This document shows, in pieces, positions 51,764-64,000 of a stretch of 64,000 nt of DNA. Position numbers and translations under genes: made by a program. Under the pieces are notes generated by a model that was given only the letters and a program-made list of their open reading frames with translations, was not told the DNA's origin and ran no database searches. The DNA comes from Octopus vulgaris. Lineage: Eukaryota. The stretch's first letter is position 1. Every line of letters begins with the position of its first letter. Location of the stretch: positions 135,408,001 to 135,472,000 of the forward strand of contig OX597819.1 of NCBI GenBank assembly GCA_951406725.2, read 5' to 3'.

Positions 51764-54647
51764 GGGCAAATCGAAGTGAAGTTGATACCCCCGTCAACGA
51801 TGCTATCTCTGATACCCCTTATTCTGCTTGTTCCCCAACTCCCGCCCCTCAAACTGCACAGCTCAGCATCATCTATACGAACTTGTGCTCCTTATTTCCA
51901 AAGTTCAGCGAATTATTTACACTGGCCATACGTGACTCCCCTGATGTGATAGCTATCACCGAGACTTGGCTGACTCCAGCAGTAAAGGACTCAGAAATCC
52001 ACCTGCAGGGCTACGTCCTTTTCAGATGTGACAGAGAAAAAAGGCGAGGTGGAGGTGTTGCTGTGTATGTTAAGTCTGAGCACAGTCCGTCCAGCGGTAT
52101 TCTACCCACTAATGCTCAACCTACAACAAAATTCGATGCCGTCTATTGCAAGCTGAGCCTATCCGAGTTTTGCCTGCCCGTGTTAGCTGTCTACAGGCCG
52201 CCTCTTGCCGACCCCCAGGACGATGCTCATTTGCTCGAAGCGATAAGATTCGTTTCAGCTTCGCATGACTGTTTGGTACTAGGAGACTTCAACGCTCCCA
52301 CGATCGATTGGCCCGCATCAATTTGTACATCATCTTCCCGGTTCGGCCAGGCCCTTCTTGACGTGGCTGAAGATTGTTTTCTATCGCAACATGTTGAATA
52401 TCCGACAAGGCATCGGTCTGGGCAGCAGCCATCTATGCTGGATCTGGTATTCTCCCGCTATCCAAGATCAGTGTCAGACGTATCTGTGTGCGCCCCTCTT
52501 GCCAAGAGTGAACATGCGGTCCTGAAGTTCGTCATGCACACAACTTTTTCTACACCCACGACTACTTCGCTGCCACGTAGAGTCTTCTCTGCAATTAATC
52601 TTGAAATTCTAACCGAGGCTTCCGCGCTTCTGGACTGGCGATCCCTGATGACGCTGTCCTCAGTTGACGAACTATGGTCATCCCTCAAAGCATATGTAAT
52701 CTGGTTGACTGACCAGGCAGTTCCCGTTGGGCTTCCCAAGAAGAAAAAACACAAGCCCTGGGTGACGAAGAAGGTTAAACGAGAACGTCGACTCAGAGAT
52801 ATTGCTTGGGCTGAATTCAAAAATCTGGATTCGACTGCAGCTTTTGAGGTGTACAAAACTCAACGAGACCGAGCCGTGAAAATTGAAAAGGAAGAACGCT
52901 TCAGTTATGAATACAAAATCGCGGCAAATGCCAGTAGCAATCCAAAAACCTTCTTTGCCCATGTCCAACGGAATTCCCGCTTGAACAACCAGATTGCAAC
53001 GTTGGTAGACTCAACAGGCGTATCGATTGAGGACTCTTATCAACAGAGTCAATTATTTGCCGAGGCTTTTTCAACTATTTTCAAACAAGATGATGTCGTG
53101 AACGCCCTCCATTTGATAGATCGGTACCTCCAATGCTTCGATTGGTCATCACGCGGGACGAAGTCAAACGTGTTATTCAAGGCCTCGATGTCAACAAGGG
53201 TCACGGGCCTGACGGCATACACCCACGGGTTATCGAATCGTTGGCTCCGGTCATCTGCGAGGCCTTAACACGTCTATTCAATATGTCATTGGCGACGGGT
53301 GTTATACCTGCGGACTGGAGAACAGCGATAATCTGCCCAATTTTCAAGAAAGGGAGCCGCGAAGACCCGCTTAACTACCGACCGGTTTCCCTTACATCAA
53401 TAATCAGCAAGATGTTCGAAACCATCCTTAAGAAAAGTATGATGCTCCACCTCCAAAACACAGCCTCTATCTCTGATTCCCAACACGGCTTCGTGCCGAA
53501 GAGATCATGCTTGACCAACTTACTGGTAATGGAAGAATTGGTGACGCGCATCCTCGATGATAGTGATGCTGTTGACATCGTTTTATTGGACTTTGCCAAA
53601 GCTTTTGACTCGGTAAACCACCGCCTATTACTTGTCAAGCTTCAAGCATATAGTTTCCATCCGAATATTATACGATGGGTTGGTGTCTTCCTCTCAGATC
53701 GCTCCTTTCAAGTCCAAGTTAATGGTTCGCGGTCCGACGTTTCCAGTGCGAGCAGTGGCGTGCCTCAAGGTTCAGTGCTTGGGCCCTTATTGTTCTTAGT
53801 CTTCATAAATGACTTGCCCGACGACCTCACGCAACACACCCTTCTATTTGCCGACGATATCAAACTGGTCGCTCCTCGCGGTGATATAGAGGATCTTCGT
53901 CGATGCCTCCACCAAATTTGGAAGTGGTCTAACGAATGGGACCTGTGTCCGAACGTGTCAAAGTGCTGTCATCTGCCTGTTGGCTCTCCTCCTGCAACTC
54001 AACTTGATTTCGAACCGGGTCGTCTGCTGCTGGAGAGGACCAATCAGGTAAAGGACCTGGGTATCTTGGTGGATTCCTCCTTTTCGCCTTCGGCCCAGTG
54101 CGTCCATGCTGCCAACAAAGCACGCGGAATTCTGTTCTTGATTCGACGGTCATTCGGAATGCTCACAGCAGCCATATTCCTACCACTCTATGTCACGCTG
54201 GTGAGACCCATATTGGAGTACGGGATTCAAGCCTCTTCTCCTTATCTCCTCAAAGACATACAGCATCTCGAAAGAGTCCAGAAGCTGGCTACCCGCATGG
54301 TTCATGGTCTCAAAAATTTGTCCTATGAAGAAAGGCTGAGGACGCTCGACCTTTGTTCTCTTGAAAAACGCCGCCGCCGTGGTGATCTCATTCTCGCCCA
54401 CAACATCATAAGCGGAAAGTGTAACCTCTCGAAAGAGCTGTTCTTCACTCCTGCTCCAGAGCGTCGGCTGCGGGGTCATTCCGAAAAGCTCTACCTGCGA
54501 TGATTTCATCTCAATCGAAGGAGAGGAGCTTTCTCCGTCTGGGTTGCGGATCCGTGGAACAAGCTGCCAGACGAGATGGTGAAGATGCCGACGACCGCTT
54601 TGTTCAAAGCCTCCCTTGACCTCAAGTGGCCTGAACTCTTTACATGA
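51760..54647 (+). pseudogene. LINE ORF2: APE endonuclease + reverse transcriptase
   Basis: ITETWL, GGGVAVYV, VYRPP, GDFN, LDLVF, SEH (usually SDH); NYRPVSLTS, QHGF, LDFAKAFD, GVPQGSVLGP, FADD, RRRRGDLI. Frameshift near 53100 and premature TGA at 54501. Confidence 0.92.
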
Positions 54648-54711
54648 ACACCACCCTGTACATAACTCCATGTCCCCCTACATGGCCTTGCTATTTGCTT
54701 TTGAGCCAAAT

Positions 54712-54743
<32 letters not shown>

Positions 54744-55094
54744 ACACGCATATATACATACATATATATATATAATTAAATGTTCATCAGTATTTTGTTT
54801 CTTTCTATTTACATATATAAATATTTTATATATCACTCCCAAGAAGTCCTATTTTTTTATTTTTCATCTTTCCTGTTTCTCTCCTTCTCTTCTGCCCTCT
54901 CTCACTTTCTTCATTTATACAAATCATATACATACATAGAAATATACATAATTACATGTATACACAATAAGAAACATATATATATATATCGTACATACAT
55001 ACACAGAAACATATATACATACGTCATACATACATACATACATACATACACGCATACATACATACATACATACATACATACATACATACATACA

Positions 55095-55125
<31 letters not shown>

Positions 55126-56288
55126 GCATCACAAAATTTCAATTTATCAGTTTTCCGATTCAGTATTTTGTCTGAGATTTCAAATTTTTATTTTATCCAG
55201 TTTCATCACACGGGCTGTGGCCATGCGGCGGCATGGATAAAATTTCTTGAAATATTTTAAACGAACACAAAATAAAGAAATGGGTTCGAAATTGATTGTT
55301 GCATAACAAAATATGATATCAGAGTGTAAACCAATATTATATTGAATGAAATCACAGTGACAACGTGACTGACATCTCAGGTGTGGCGGTATTAGATGAC
55401 GATATCAAATTACCTCAGGTATGTCTTTTATTCACTACCCATTTTTTAAAGAAAACTGATCCTGTCTAAAATTAACGATAGTTATCTTGATATATCTTGG
55501 TGGTGTTTTGCGTGTGTGATGTTGTTGGCGTTGTCATTGTTGCTATCATCCCTCCCATTTAGCTGATCAAATGACAGTATTGCAGCCACAGATATATTGT
55601 CCCGGATATTTTATGACTTCATCGAGCTGCAACCATACTGAACTGGTTAGATGTGTGGTGGGTGAAATGAGGCCACGTCACCTCTTGCGCTAATTCTTGT
55701 GAACACTTGCTTTGTAGAAGTGAGTTCTAATCTTAGGTGGTGCTCTGAAATAATCTCTAATGTAGAAAACATTCTAGCCATTACCATCCAGTCTTTTGGG
55801 TGAGGGTCAAGATAAAATCACATAGTTCACAATATCCTTTAATTCTTATGATATCAAGGTGTGAGTTGAGTGAGGTTCAGCTGCTTTTTCGACCGGGTAA
55901 TCACGGTGGCCAATTGACAACTTTGAATTAATTGCTCCGGCTCTCTCTGTTCTGAGATCAAATCCAACTGAAATTAAATTCTTTGAGGGTCAATAAATAA
56001 ACTAGTAGAAAAATCTTCCCCACCACGCTATTGCACTGATTCCATTAAGGGCCCAAGGCGAAGCATTCGAATAAAACGTAGAGTTGGACTGATCAGAAAT
56101 ATGTAGGGTGCTGGTAGTTGGGGCTGTGGTAGTGTTGATGATAAGGGCAGTGTCGGTGGTATAGGTACTAGTGGTGGTGTTGGTAGTGTAGTTTTGTGGA
56201 AGTGATGATGGTTGTGGTTATGGTGACAGTGGTGATGGCTTTTGCAGACGAAGGGTGGTATTGGTGTAGTTGTAGCTGTTTAATTTCA

Positions 56289-56338
<50 letters not shown>

Positions 56339-56363
56339 TGTATGTATATATATATATACACAC

Positions 56364-56534
56364 ACGTGTGTATATTAAGGTCTAAAAACCACCATGTGGA
56401 CAGCCATAAGCTAGAAATAGATCACCTACAATCAAACTAGAAAGAAAGAATGTTCACTAGGGAACATTTGCAGTGATCTATTTCTAGTATATGGCTGTCC
56501 ACATAGTGGTTTTTAGCTCTTAAAATACACATGT
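56364..56534. repeat. Imperfect ~60-bp inverted repeat between TA tracts
   Basis: 56364-56424 pairs with 56473-56534; the aaccac.atgtggacagcc...gctagaaatag motif resembles 2684-2720. Confidence 0.8.
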
Positions 56535-56631
56535 ATTAGAATTCTCTCGGATGTTTCAGACTTTTGTATGCTAGGCTACTGATTTTAAATTGATATTAAT
56601 TAAATTAATATTCAATTTATCTCCTCATTGT

Positions 56632-56712
<81 letters not shown>

Positions 56713-56887
56713 TGTATGTATGTATGTATGTATGTGTTTGTGTGTGTATGTATGAATTTAAATATTAAGGTTTGAACATCTTCTGTATAAAAAATTGAAA
56801 AAAAAAACATTTGTTTACGAAGATGAAATGTTTGTGTGGAAATGGGCGGACTGATTGTGGTTGGTAGTGGCTACGTTGGTGATGACG

Positions 56888-56948
<61 letters not shown>

Positions 56949-58658
56949 AGAGAAAGAAAGAATGTAGCAATGAATAGGAGTTGCGGGAGAGATATTATTC
57001 AGTGTGTTGTTATTTGAGACAGGTAGTCTCTGCCTACTCGCTAACACACACGCTACAATATGCACACATATATCTTTAATCAAACATACATTCACACTAC
57101 ACACATATATACACACACACATCATATACCATGACAGTACAACATACATACTTACACATAAAGACGTTTAAACAAAGATACACGCACAGGACAAAGTAAC
57201 ACCCACGCGTTTATAATCTCCGTCCTGGCATTTCATAATTGCGTAGCGACCGTTGCAGAAGTCAAATATCTCTCTGCTGTTTGGATACTCTGAACATTCA
57301 AGAGACAGAAAAAGCCTGAATTCGAAACACTTTCAATTTGGTGAATATTATTTCATAATTACTCTAACTAACAACATACTAACACATTTACATTGCAAAA
57401 CATTTATTAGAGCTATTTCAAACCTAAATATATCTCTATAATAAATTGTTTATATTCCGGCAGTATTTTATAGAATTAAACTTTTAAAACATTTTAGAAG
57501 CATTAAAATACAAGTATAACAATTTTAGTAAAATATAGTCCAGTTATAACTATGGGAAAAAAATTTCGATGGAAATTAAAGAAATGAAAATATTTCTCTA
57601 ATTATACACTATTTTATGTAGTTTCCAGTGAATTTCTAATTCTGAAGTGAAATTCTAAATTTGTTTAACGACTCATTTAATTGATCTTTTCCTTCATTTT
57701 TTAAAATGATTTCTGTTTTAATATTCATTTAATTTTGCATGTAAATGTAATTGCTCTGGTAATTTAAATAACATTTACATCTTGTAGAAAACAGTATGAA
57801 TTGTTTAAACATTTAAAAAGTGGTTGACAGCATACATTTCTCTCTCCACATCTTTATACTATGTTAACATTTTAATGTAGAATGCATTAAATATGTTTTC
57901 TCATAATCTTAAACATTATTTATCAGATGGATGGGTTCTGAGAATTCCATCACATTGTCTGGAATTATTATAAACTCTATTATTAACGCACAGCAGAGTT
58001 TCTAATCTGCTGCGTGAATTAAACCAGTTAGACAATGACAAGTTATGGGACGGTCATGGCAAGAGCGTCTTAGTCCAAAGGGTTACAAGACGAGAATTAA
58101 ACCTCAACAACAGAAACCATATCTTTAATATATTTTAAACTAATATAATTGTTAAATTTGAAATATATTTATTGATTATAAAATTACGGCAATGTTTCAA
58201 TATTTCAATTTCATAAATTGTATCCTGACATTCCAAGACTTACAAATTCTCTGAAGTCTTAAAAGATTAGATTTTAAATATATTTTTACAGGTTATATTT
58301 ATATATTGTATTTGAAACAATAGTCGATGTAATAACTTGTTAAATTTTGAAAATGTTGTTACTTTCTCTGGAATTACCAGCAGAATTGATGACGAAATAA
58401 AATGATTATATAAAAGTGTAGATTTGTAAAGGATTAAGAGGTGATATAATAACTGAAAAGTTGGTGTGCTGTTTATAGATAGATAGATAGAGAGAGAGAG
58501 ATTAAGAGATTAGCCATTAATTTATAAAGCTTTATTATTTCTTTAGTCTGCAATAAAAAGAAGGGACTCAAAACTTTTATAATGATGTATGATTTTTACA
58601 TCTCATCACATTTATAGTCATTTAAGCCCGAATCTTCGGCTGGTTTAATTTCGGAACA

Positions 58659-58713
<55 letters not shown>

Positions 58714-58737
58714 TATATATGTATATATATATATATT

Positions 58738-58823
<86 letters not shown>

Positions 58824-59021
58824 CATGATGCTATCTCTTAGGTACCCTTAATTATAATTTTAAGAATAATTATTATCTATGAAGTTTTCATCCCCATGCA
58901 GGCCATTAACCTTATTTATATATACATAGATACGTGCATTTACATATACATAGATACGTGCATAGATGAATACATATATATATATGCATACATACATACA
59001 TACACACATAATATTTATATC

Positions 59022-59067
<46 letters not shown>

Positions 59068-59084
59068 TGTATATCTATACATCC

Positions 59085-59128
<44 letters not shown>

Positions 59129-59135
59129 ATCTATG

Positions 59136-59180
<45 letters not shown>

Positions 59181-59814
59181 GCATATATACAATTTAGAAA
59201 TAGTATAAAATCTTTATAAGGATTTATCAAGTTGTTAGCGTGAAAAGCCTCATAAGAGAAAAATCCACCATTTTTTTCATTTAAATGTATTTGTTTATAT
59301 TATATAGAGGACATTTCTATACATAAATGCCACACGCTAGGAGCGTCTCATAAAGTCAGAACTACCAAAGTAAATAAATACATCGTAAAAGAAATATTTA
59401 TTGCTGAATGTTCTTCTTGACACTAATAAACCTAACAACAGTCATCGTGTTGTGTCTCTAGGTTAGCTACATTCCTCTGCTTACATTTTGAGCTATAAAT
59501 CTGTGGATCATACCCCAGCTAGGGTGGAGGCACTTTATATGAAAAATAAATTGATTCTCTAAAGAAAGGTAGATTTATGAAACCTACTAAAAGAATCAAT
59601 GACACAGAGTTTGTACAATAAAACCTCAGTATTGATCTTTGGTTTGATCTCACCTACTTTGCTAATATTTCGACAAACACTATCAACAAGTGCTTACTTA
59701 ATAAATTTTTGTAAATATCTTTATGACTATTTCACAATTAATTAATAAATTTCTATTATATATATGTATGTATGTGTATATGTATGTATGTGTATATATA
59801 TATATATATTGACG

Positions 59815-59870
<56 letters not shown>

Positions 59871-59941
59871 CCGTGCATGTGTGTGGGCGACTACTTCGAT
59901 TTTGTTATGTTTGTGATTGTGTATATATCTGTGCATGTATG

Positions 59942-59990
<49 letters not shown>

Positions 59991-60067
59991 ATTTCTCTAT
60001 ATACTTTTTGCTCATAACAATATTTTTATATATACAAATATACACATTCATATATAGAAAGTTGAAA

Positions 60068-60360
60068 AGTGCTACGTGGCTGTGTGGTGAGAAGCTTGCT
60101 TACTACCACATTGTTCTGAGTTCAGTCTCACTGCGTGGCACCTTTGGCGAGTGTCTTATGCTATAGCCAAGGGCTGACCCAATCCTTGTGAGTAGATTAG
60201 GTGGACGGAAAATGAAAGAAGCCCATCGGCTGTATATATATGTGTTTGTGTTAGTGTTTGTCACCGCACCATCGCTTCACAACCAATGCTGTTGTGTTTA
60301 CGTCCCCGTAACTTTGCGGTTCGGCAAAAGATACCGATAGAATAACTACTAGACTTAAAA
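60068..60360 (+). mobile_element. tRNA/CORE-like SINE copy (3' truncated)
   Basis: GTGGCTGTGTGG A box and GAGTTCAGTCTC B box; matches the reverse complement of 13230-13540. Confidence 0.8.
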
Positions 60361-60589
60361 AGCAAGCAAATACATACATATATACGCACATATACATATA
60401 TACGCACATATACATACAGATATATATACATATATAAATAGTAAATAAAGTTACTTCTGTTGGCAGCTAGACGCATAGGAACAGTCTACCTTGGCATATA
60501 TATTCCGCATATGGACGGGACAACAGTCCATCGCAGGGTGAGTCATTCTTGTCAAGGAATGTGAAATGAAGTCCAACTCGTCGCAAGTG

Positions 60590-61230
60590 TTCATTAAACT
60601 AAAACACCTAAAGCTCTACGAGGCTCCAGCAAGGGCTGGTGTCGAACCCTGCTGTATTATTTCACCACAACTTCTCTCATTCTGTCTTCCTGTTTCTGTT
60701 GTACCTGTATTTCAGAGGGGCCAGCCATGTCACACTCTGTGTCACGCTGAATCTCACCGAGAACTACGTTAAGGGTACATGTGTCTCTGGAGTGCTCAGC
60801 TACTTGCATATTAATTTCACGAAACGTCTAAGGCGGCGAACTGGCAGAAACGTTAGCACGCCGGGCGAAATGCTTAGCAGTATTCCGTCTGCTGCGACGT
60901 TCTGAGTTCAAATTCCGCAGAGGTCGACTTTGCCTTTCATCGTTTCGAGGTCGATTAAATAAGGACCAGTTATGCACTGGGGTCGTTATAATCGACTTAA
61001 TCCGTTTGTCCGTCCTTATTCGTCCCCTCTGTGTTTAGCCCCCTGTGGGTAGTAAAGAAATAGGTATTTCGTCTGTCTTTACTTTCTGAGTTCAAATTCC
61101 ACCGAGGTCGACTTTGCCTTTCATCCTTTCGGGGTGGATAAATCAAGTACAAGTTTCGATCTGATGTAGATCTAATCGATGGCCGCCTCCCTTAAAATTT
61201 CGGACCTTCTGCCTAGAGTTGAAAAGAATT
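60590..61230 (+). mobile_element. Cluster of SINE fragments, including a copy of the 5297-5525 family
   Basis: 60832-61042 matches 5297-5525, followed by an internal partial duplication. Confidence 0.7.
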
Positions 61231-61774
61231 TCACGAGTAGTCTTCCGTTGACTGGATCAACTGGAAACCTCTTCGTCTTAACCGACGGAGTGCCATAGCA
61301 TTATATATGTACACGCACACACATATATCTATATATATATACAAGACATATAAATATTATTAAAGATAATGTTACTATCTAACAAGAATAAATGTTGATG
61401 ACGAAGCTGTTTTGGTTGAAAGGATCTGAAGAATTAGTAAGGAAGAAGATAGCGTGTTACCATGGTGGAAATGACCATAACTGATTTGACGGAAGTAAAA
61501 CAGAAATACTATAGGGTGCAACCCGTGCAAGGAATAGATACAGAGGTATGGAAGTTAAGAGAGAAGTGGGCTCCAGATGCGGAAGTTGGACGGGAGCACA
61601 TGTGAAATTAACTTCCCATAATCTCCAAGAGGACGTGTAGAAGTAACTCATACATTCTGTTCCTTGGGAGTGGGATTTATGAGATTGTTTTGCCCACACT
61701 CAAACTCTCCCTCTCTTCATTCACACTCGTTCTCTCTGTTCCATTCTCTGTTCGTATCTTTTTATGCGCCCTTT

Positions 61775-62320
61775 TCAAGCCTAGTCAGGGCTCATGGGCC
61801 CGGTTTCCCGGTTTATGTGGCGTATGTGTTCCCCAAGTGGAAGAGACGCCAGTCCATCACAGCGTTACCCAAGAAACAGGAAGTAAGTATGAGAGAAATT
61901 TGGGGCGAAAGAGTAGAACAGGGGGTCGCCAGCAACCCCTGCCTGAGCTCGTGGAGCATTAGGTGTTTTCGCTCAATAAACACACACAACACGCGGTCTG
62001 GGAATCGAAACCGCCATCCTCCGACCGCGAGGCCGCTCCCCTAACCACAGAGCCATTGCGCTTCCACAAAATGAATTCGCCCTTTTAAAGCCTAACCAGG
62101 CTCATGGGCCCGGTTTCCCGGTTTCAGTGGCGTATGTGTTCCCCAGCTGGAGGGGACGCCAGTCCATCGCAGCGTTACTCATTTTAGCCAGCTGAGTGGA
62201 CTGGAGCAACGTGAAATGAAGTGTTTTGCTCAAGAACCCAACGCGTCGCCCCGTCCAGGAATCGAAACCACAATCATACGATCATGATGCTGACACCCTA
62301 ACCACTAAGCCACGCGCCTA
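61775..62320 (-). mobile_element. Two adjacent tRNA-derived SINEs
   Basis: Shared ggctcatgggcccggtttcccggttt block at 61789 and 62099; minus-strand heads with GTGGTTAG and GGTTTCGATTCC boxes. Confidence 0.7.
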
Positions 62321-62811
62321 CACCCTACGTCATTATATAAATAGAATAATCATCTACAAGGTGCACTTCGAGCTACAAATAATTCTGCCTGCTACAATTA
62401 TAAGGTTTTAACTTTTGCTAATTAATTACATCGACGCCGAAGTTAATCTAGAGAGAATTGTATCGACCCTTGAAATGAAAAAAAGTGACGGGATTCGAAC
62501 CCAGAATGTAAATTACCAAGGAATAGTTATAAATATTACTAACAAGTCATTGAGTGTATCTCTCGTGTAGTAATTGTTAGTATGAAACAGGTGTGCCTGT
62601 TTGTGTGCGTATCGAAGAAAAGGTGTTTGTGTGACTTATCATACAATAAGCGAAGAGTGTTGTTACACTTGACTTAACATTAACAACTGAAGTCGCTTTT
62701 ATAAAAAAAAATTATACTTCTATCCCAGTAAACAACTCTCATTATTATCAAGGCTATATACACCCACATGTGGGTGGTAAGCAAGCTAATTACCACACAG
62801 CCACTCCTGCG

Positions 62812-62932
<121 letters not shown>

Positions 62933-62980
62933 TTGCAGGGGAAAATTAGATTTAGCATTAAATCCAGTTTTATAGTATAA

Positions 62981-63145
62981 ATATATTATATTATATTATA
63001 TTAAATTAGAGATAAAACCACTATTAGGCAAATCAAACAGTGAAAAACATAAGCCATTACATAAAGTTAATTTAAAAATATAAAAGTTAAAATTTTAAAA
63101 ATTATTTAAATAATTTAAACTTATAAATTTTAAATATATATATAT

Positions 63146-63189
<44 letters not shown>

Positions 63190-63598
63190 ATGTATGTATA
63201 TTTTTATATTTATATATTATTTTATTTAATAATTTATTTATTATTTAATTTATTTAATTATTTATTTATTAATTTTTTTTTTATTATCATATAAATATCA
63301 AAAGTATTACAACTTTTAATACTTTTGATATTTATATAATGAAAATAAAATAAATAAATTAATAAATAAAATAATTAATTAATAAATTAATAAATAAAAT
63401 AATATATAAATATAAAAATATACATACATACACACACACATGTATATATATATATTTAAAATTTATAAGTTTAAATTATTTAAATAATTTTTAAAATTTT
63501 AACTTTTATATTTTAAAATTAATTTTACGTATTGGCTAATGTTTTTTCACGGTTTGATTTGCCTAATAGTGGTTTTATCTCTAATATAATATAATATA

Positions 63599-63610
<12 letters not shown>
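62981..63610. repeat. ~630-bp AT-rich fold-back between TA tracts
   Basis: 62981-63309 pairs with 63317-63610 around a ~7-nt loop; ~50-nt unpaired tail on the left. Confidence 0.88.
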
Positions 63611-63651
<41 letters not shown>

Positions 63652-64000
63652 GCAGCTTGTTAAAAAGGTTCTGAAAACAATTACAGTACGGACATTTGAT
63701 AAGAAACATAGAAGCAACTTAGATGAGGTTTTCTTTCCTTTTATATCGACCTCCATATTCAAAAGGTCCTTATTTAATCGACCCTAAAAGCATAAAAGTC
63801 AAAGTTGACATTGGTGGAGTTCGAACGCGGAATGTGAAGCTCCTGGGCAGAGCTCTAAACATTAGTAACAAGTTATTAGCTGGATGAGTGTGTGTGTGTA
63901 AAATTGTTAGGTGTGTCACTTATGTTGAATAGTGTTTCTCGCCTGCTGACTTTAAACCTGACTTGACAAAATTTGTTTTGCCAAACAAAAGGTCGATTGT

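Larger units (their letters stand above)
50400..54743 (+). mobile_element. Near full-length CR1-clade LINE (ORF1 + APE-RT ORF2), inactivated
   Basis: Two-ORF layout, (CTAA)n 3' tail, GC-richer than the flanks; 5' end approximate. Confidence 0.9.

Noticed and set aside
55380-55650. Two possible small plus-strand exons
   Set aside because: Splice-like sites are present but the phases do not join cleanly and no domain is recognisable.

Overview
AT-rich, microsatellite-laden animal genomic DNA; the SINE families and (TA)n/(CA)n load suggest a cephalopod (Octopus-like; inference). The ORF track misses the main host gene. Read by hand, seven GT-AG exons on the minus strand (37397 to 25510) splice in frame into the C-terminal half of an ankyrin-like + RING-HC + repeated (K/R)CVQT micro-exon linker + Death-domain protein (Mind-bomb-like E3 with a Death domain). 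The terminal Death-domain exon of a convergent paralog lies at 480-685. The minus-strand gene sits between two ~6 kb inverted copies of a composite repeat (3 kb purine tract, 171-bp satellite). Mobile DNA: a young 5'-truncated Penelope-like element (open RT + GIY-YIG ORF, inverted pseudo-LTR), a near full-length CR1-type LINE, Helitron ends and PIF1 helicase fossils, mariner, hAT and RLE-type LINE fossils, a piggyBac-type MITE and many SINEs. Several small fold-back elements sit in (TA)n tracts, some with hammerhead-ribozyme cores. All calls are by eye, with no database search, and fossil boundaries are approximate.
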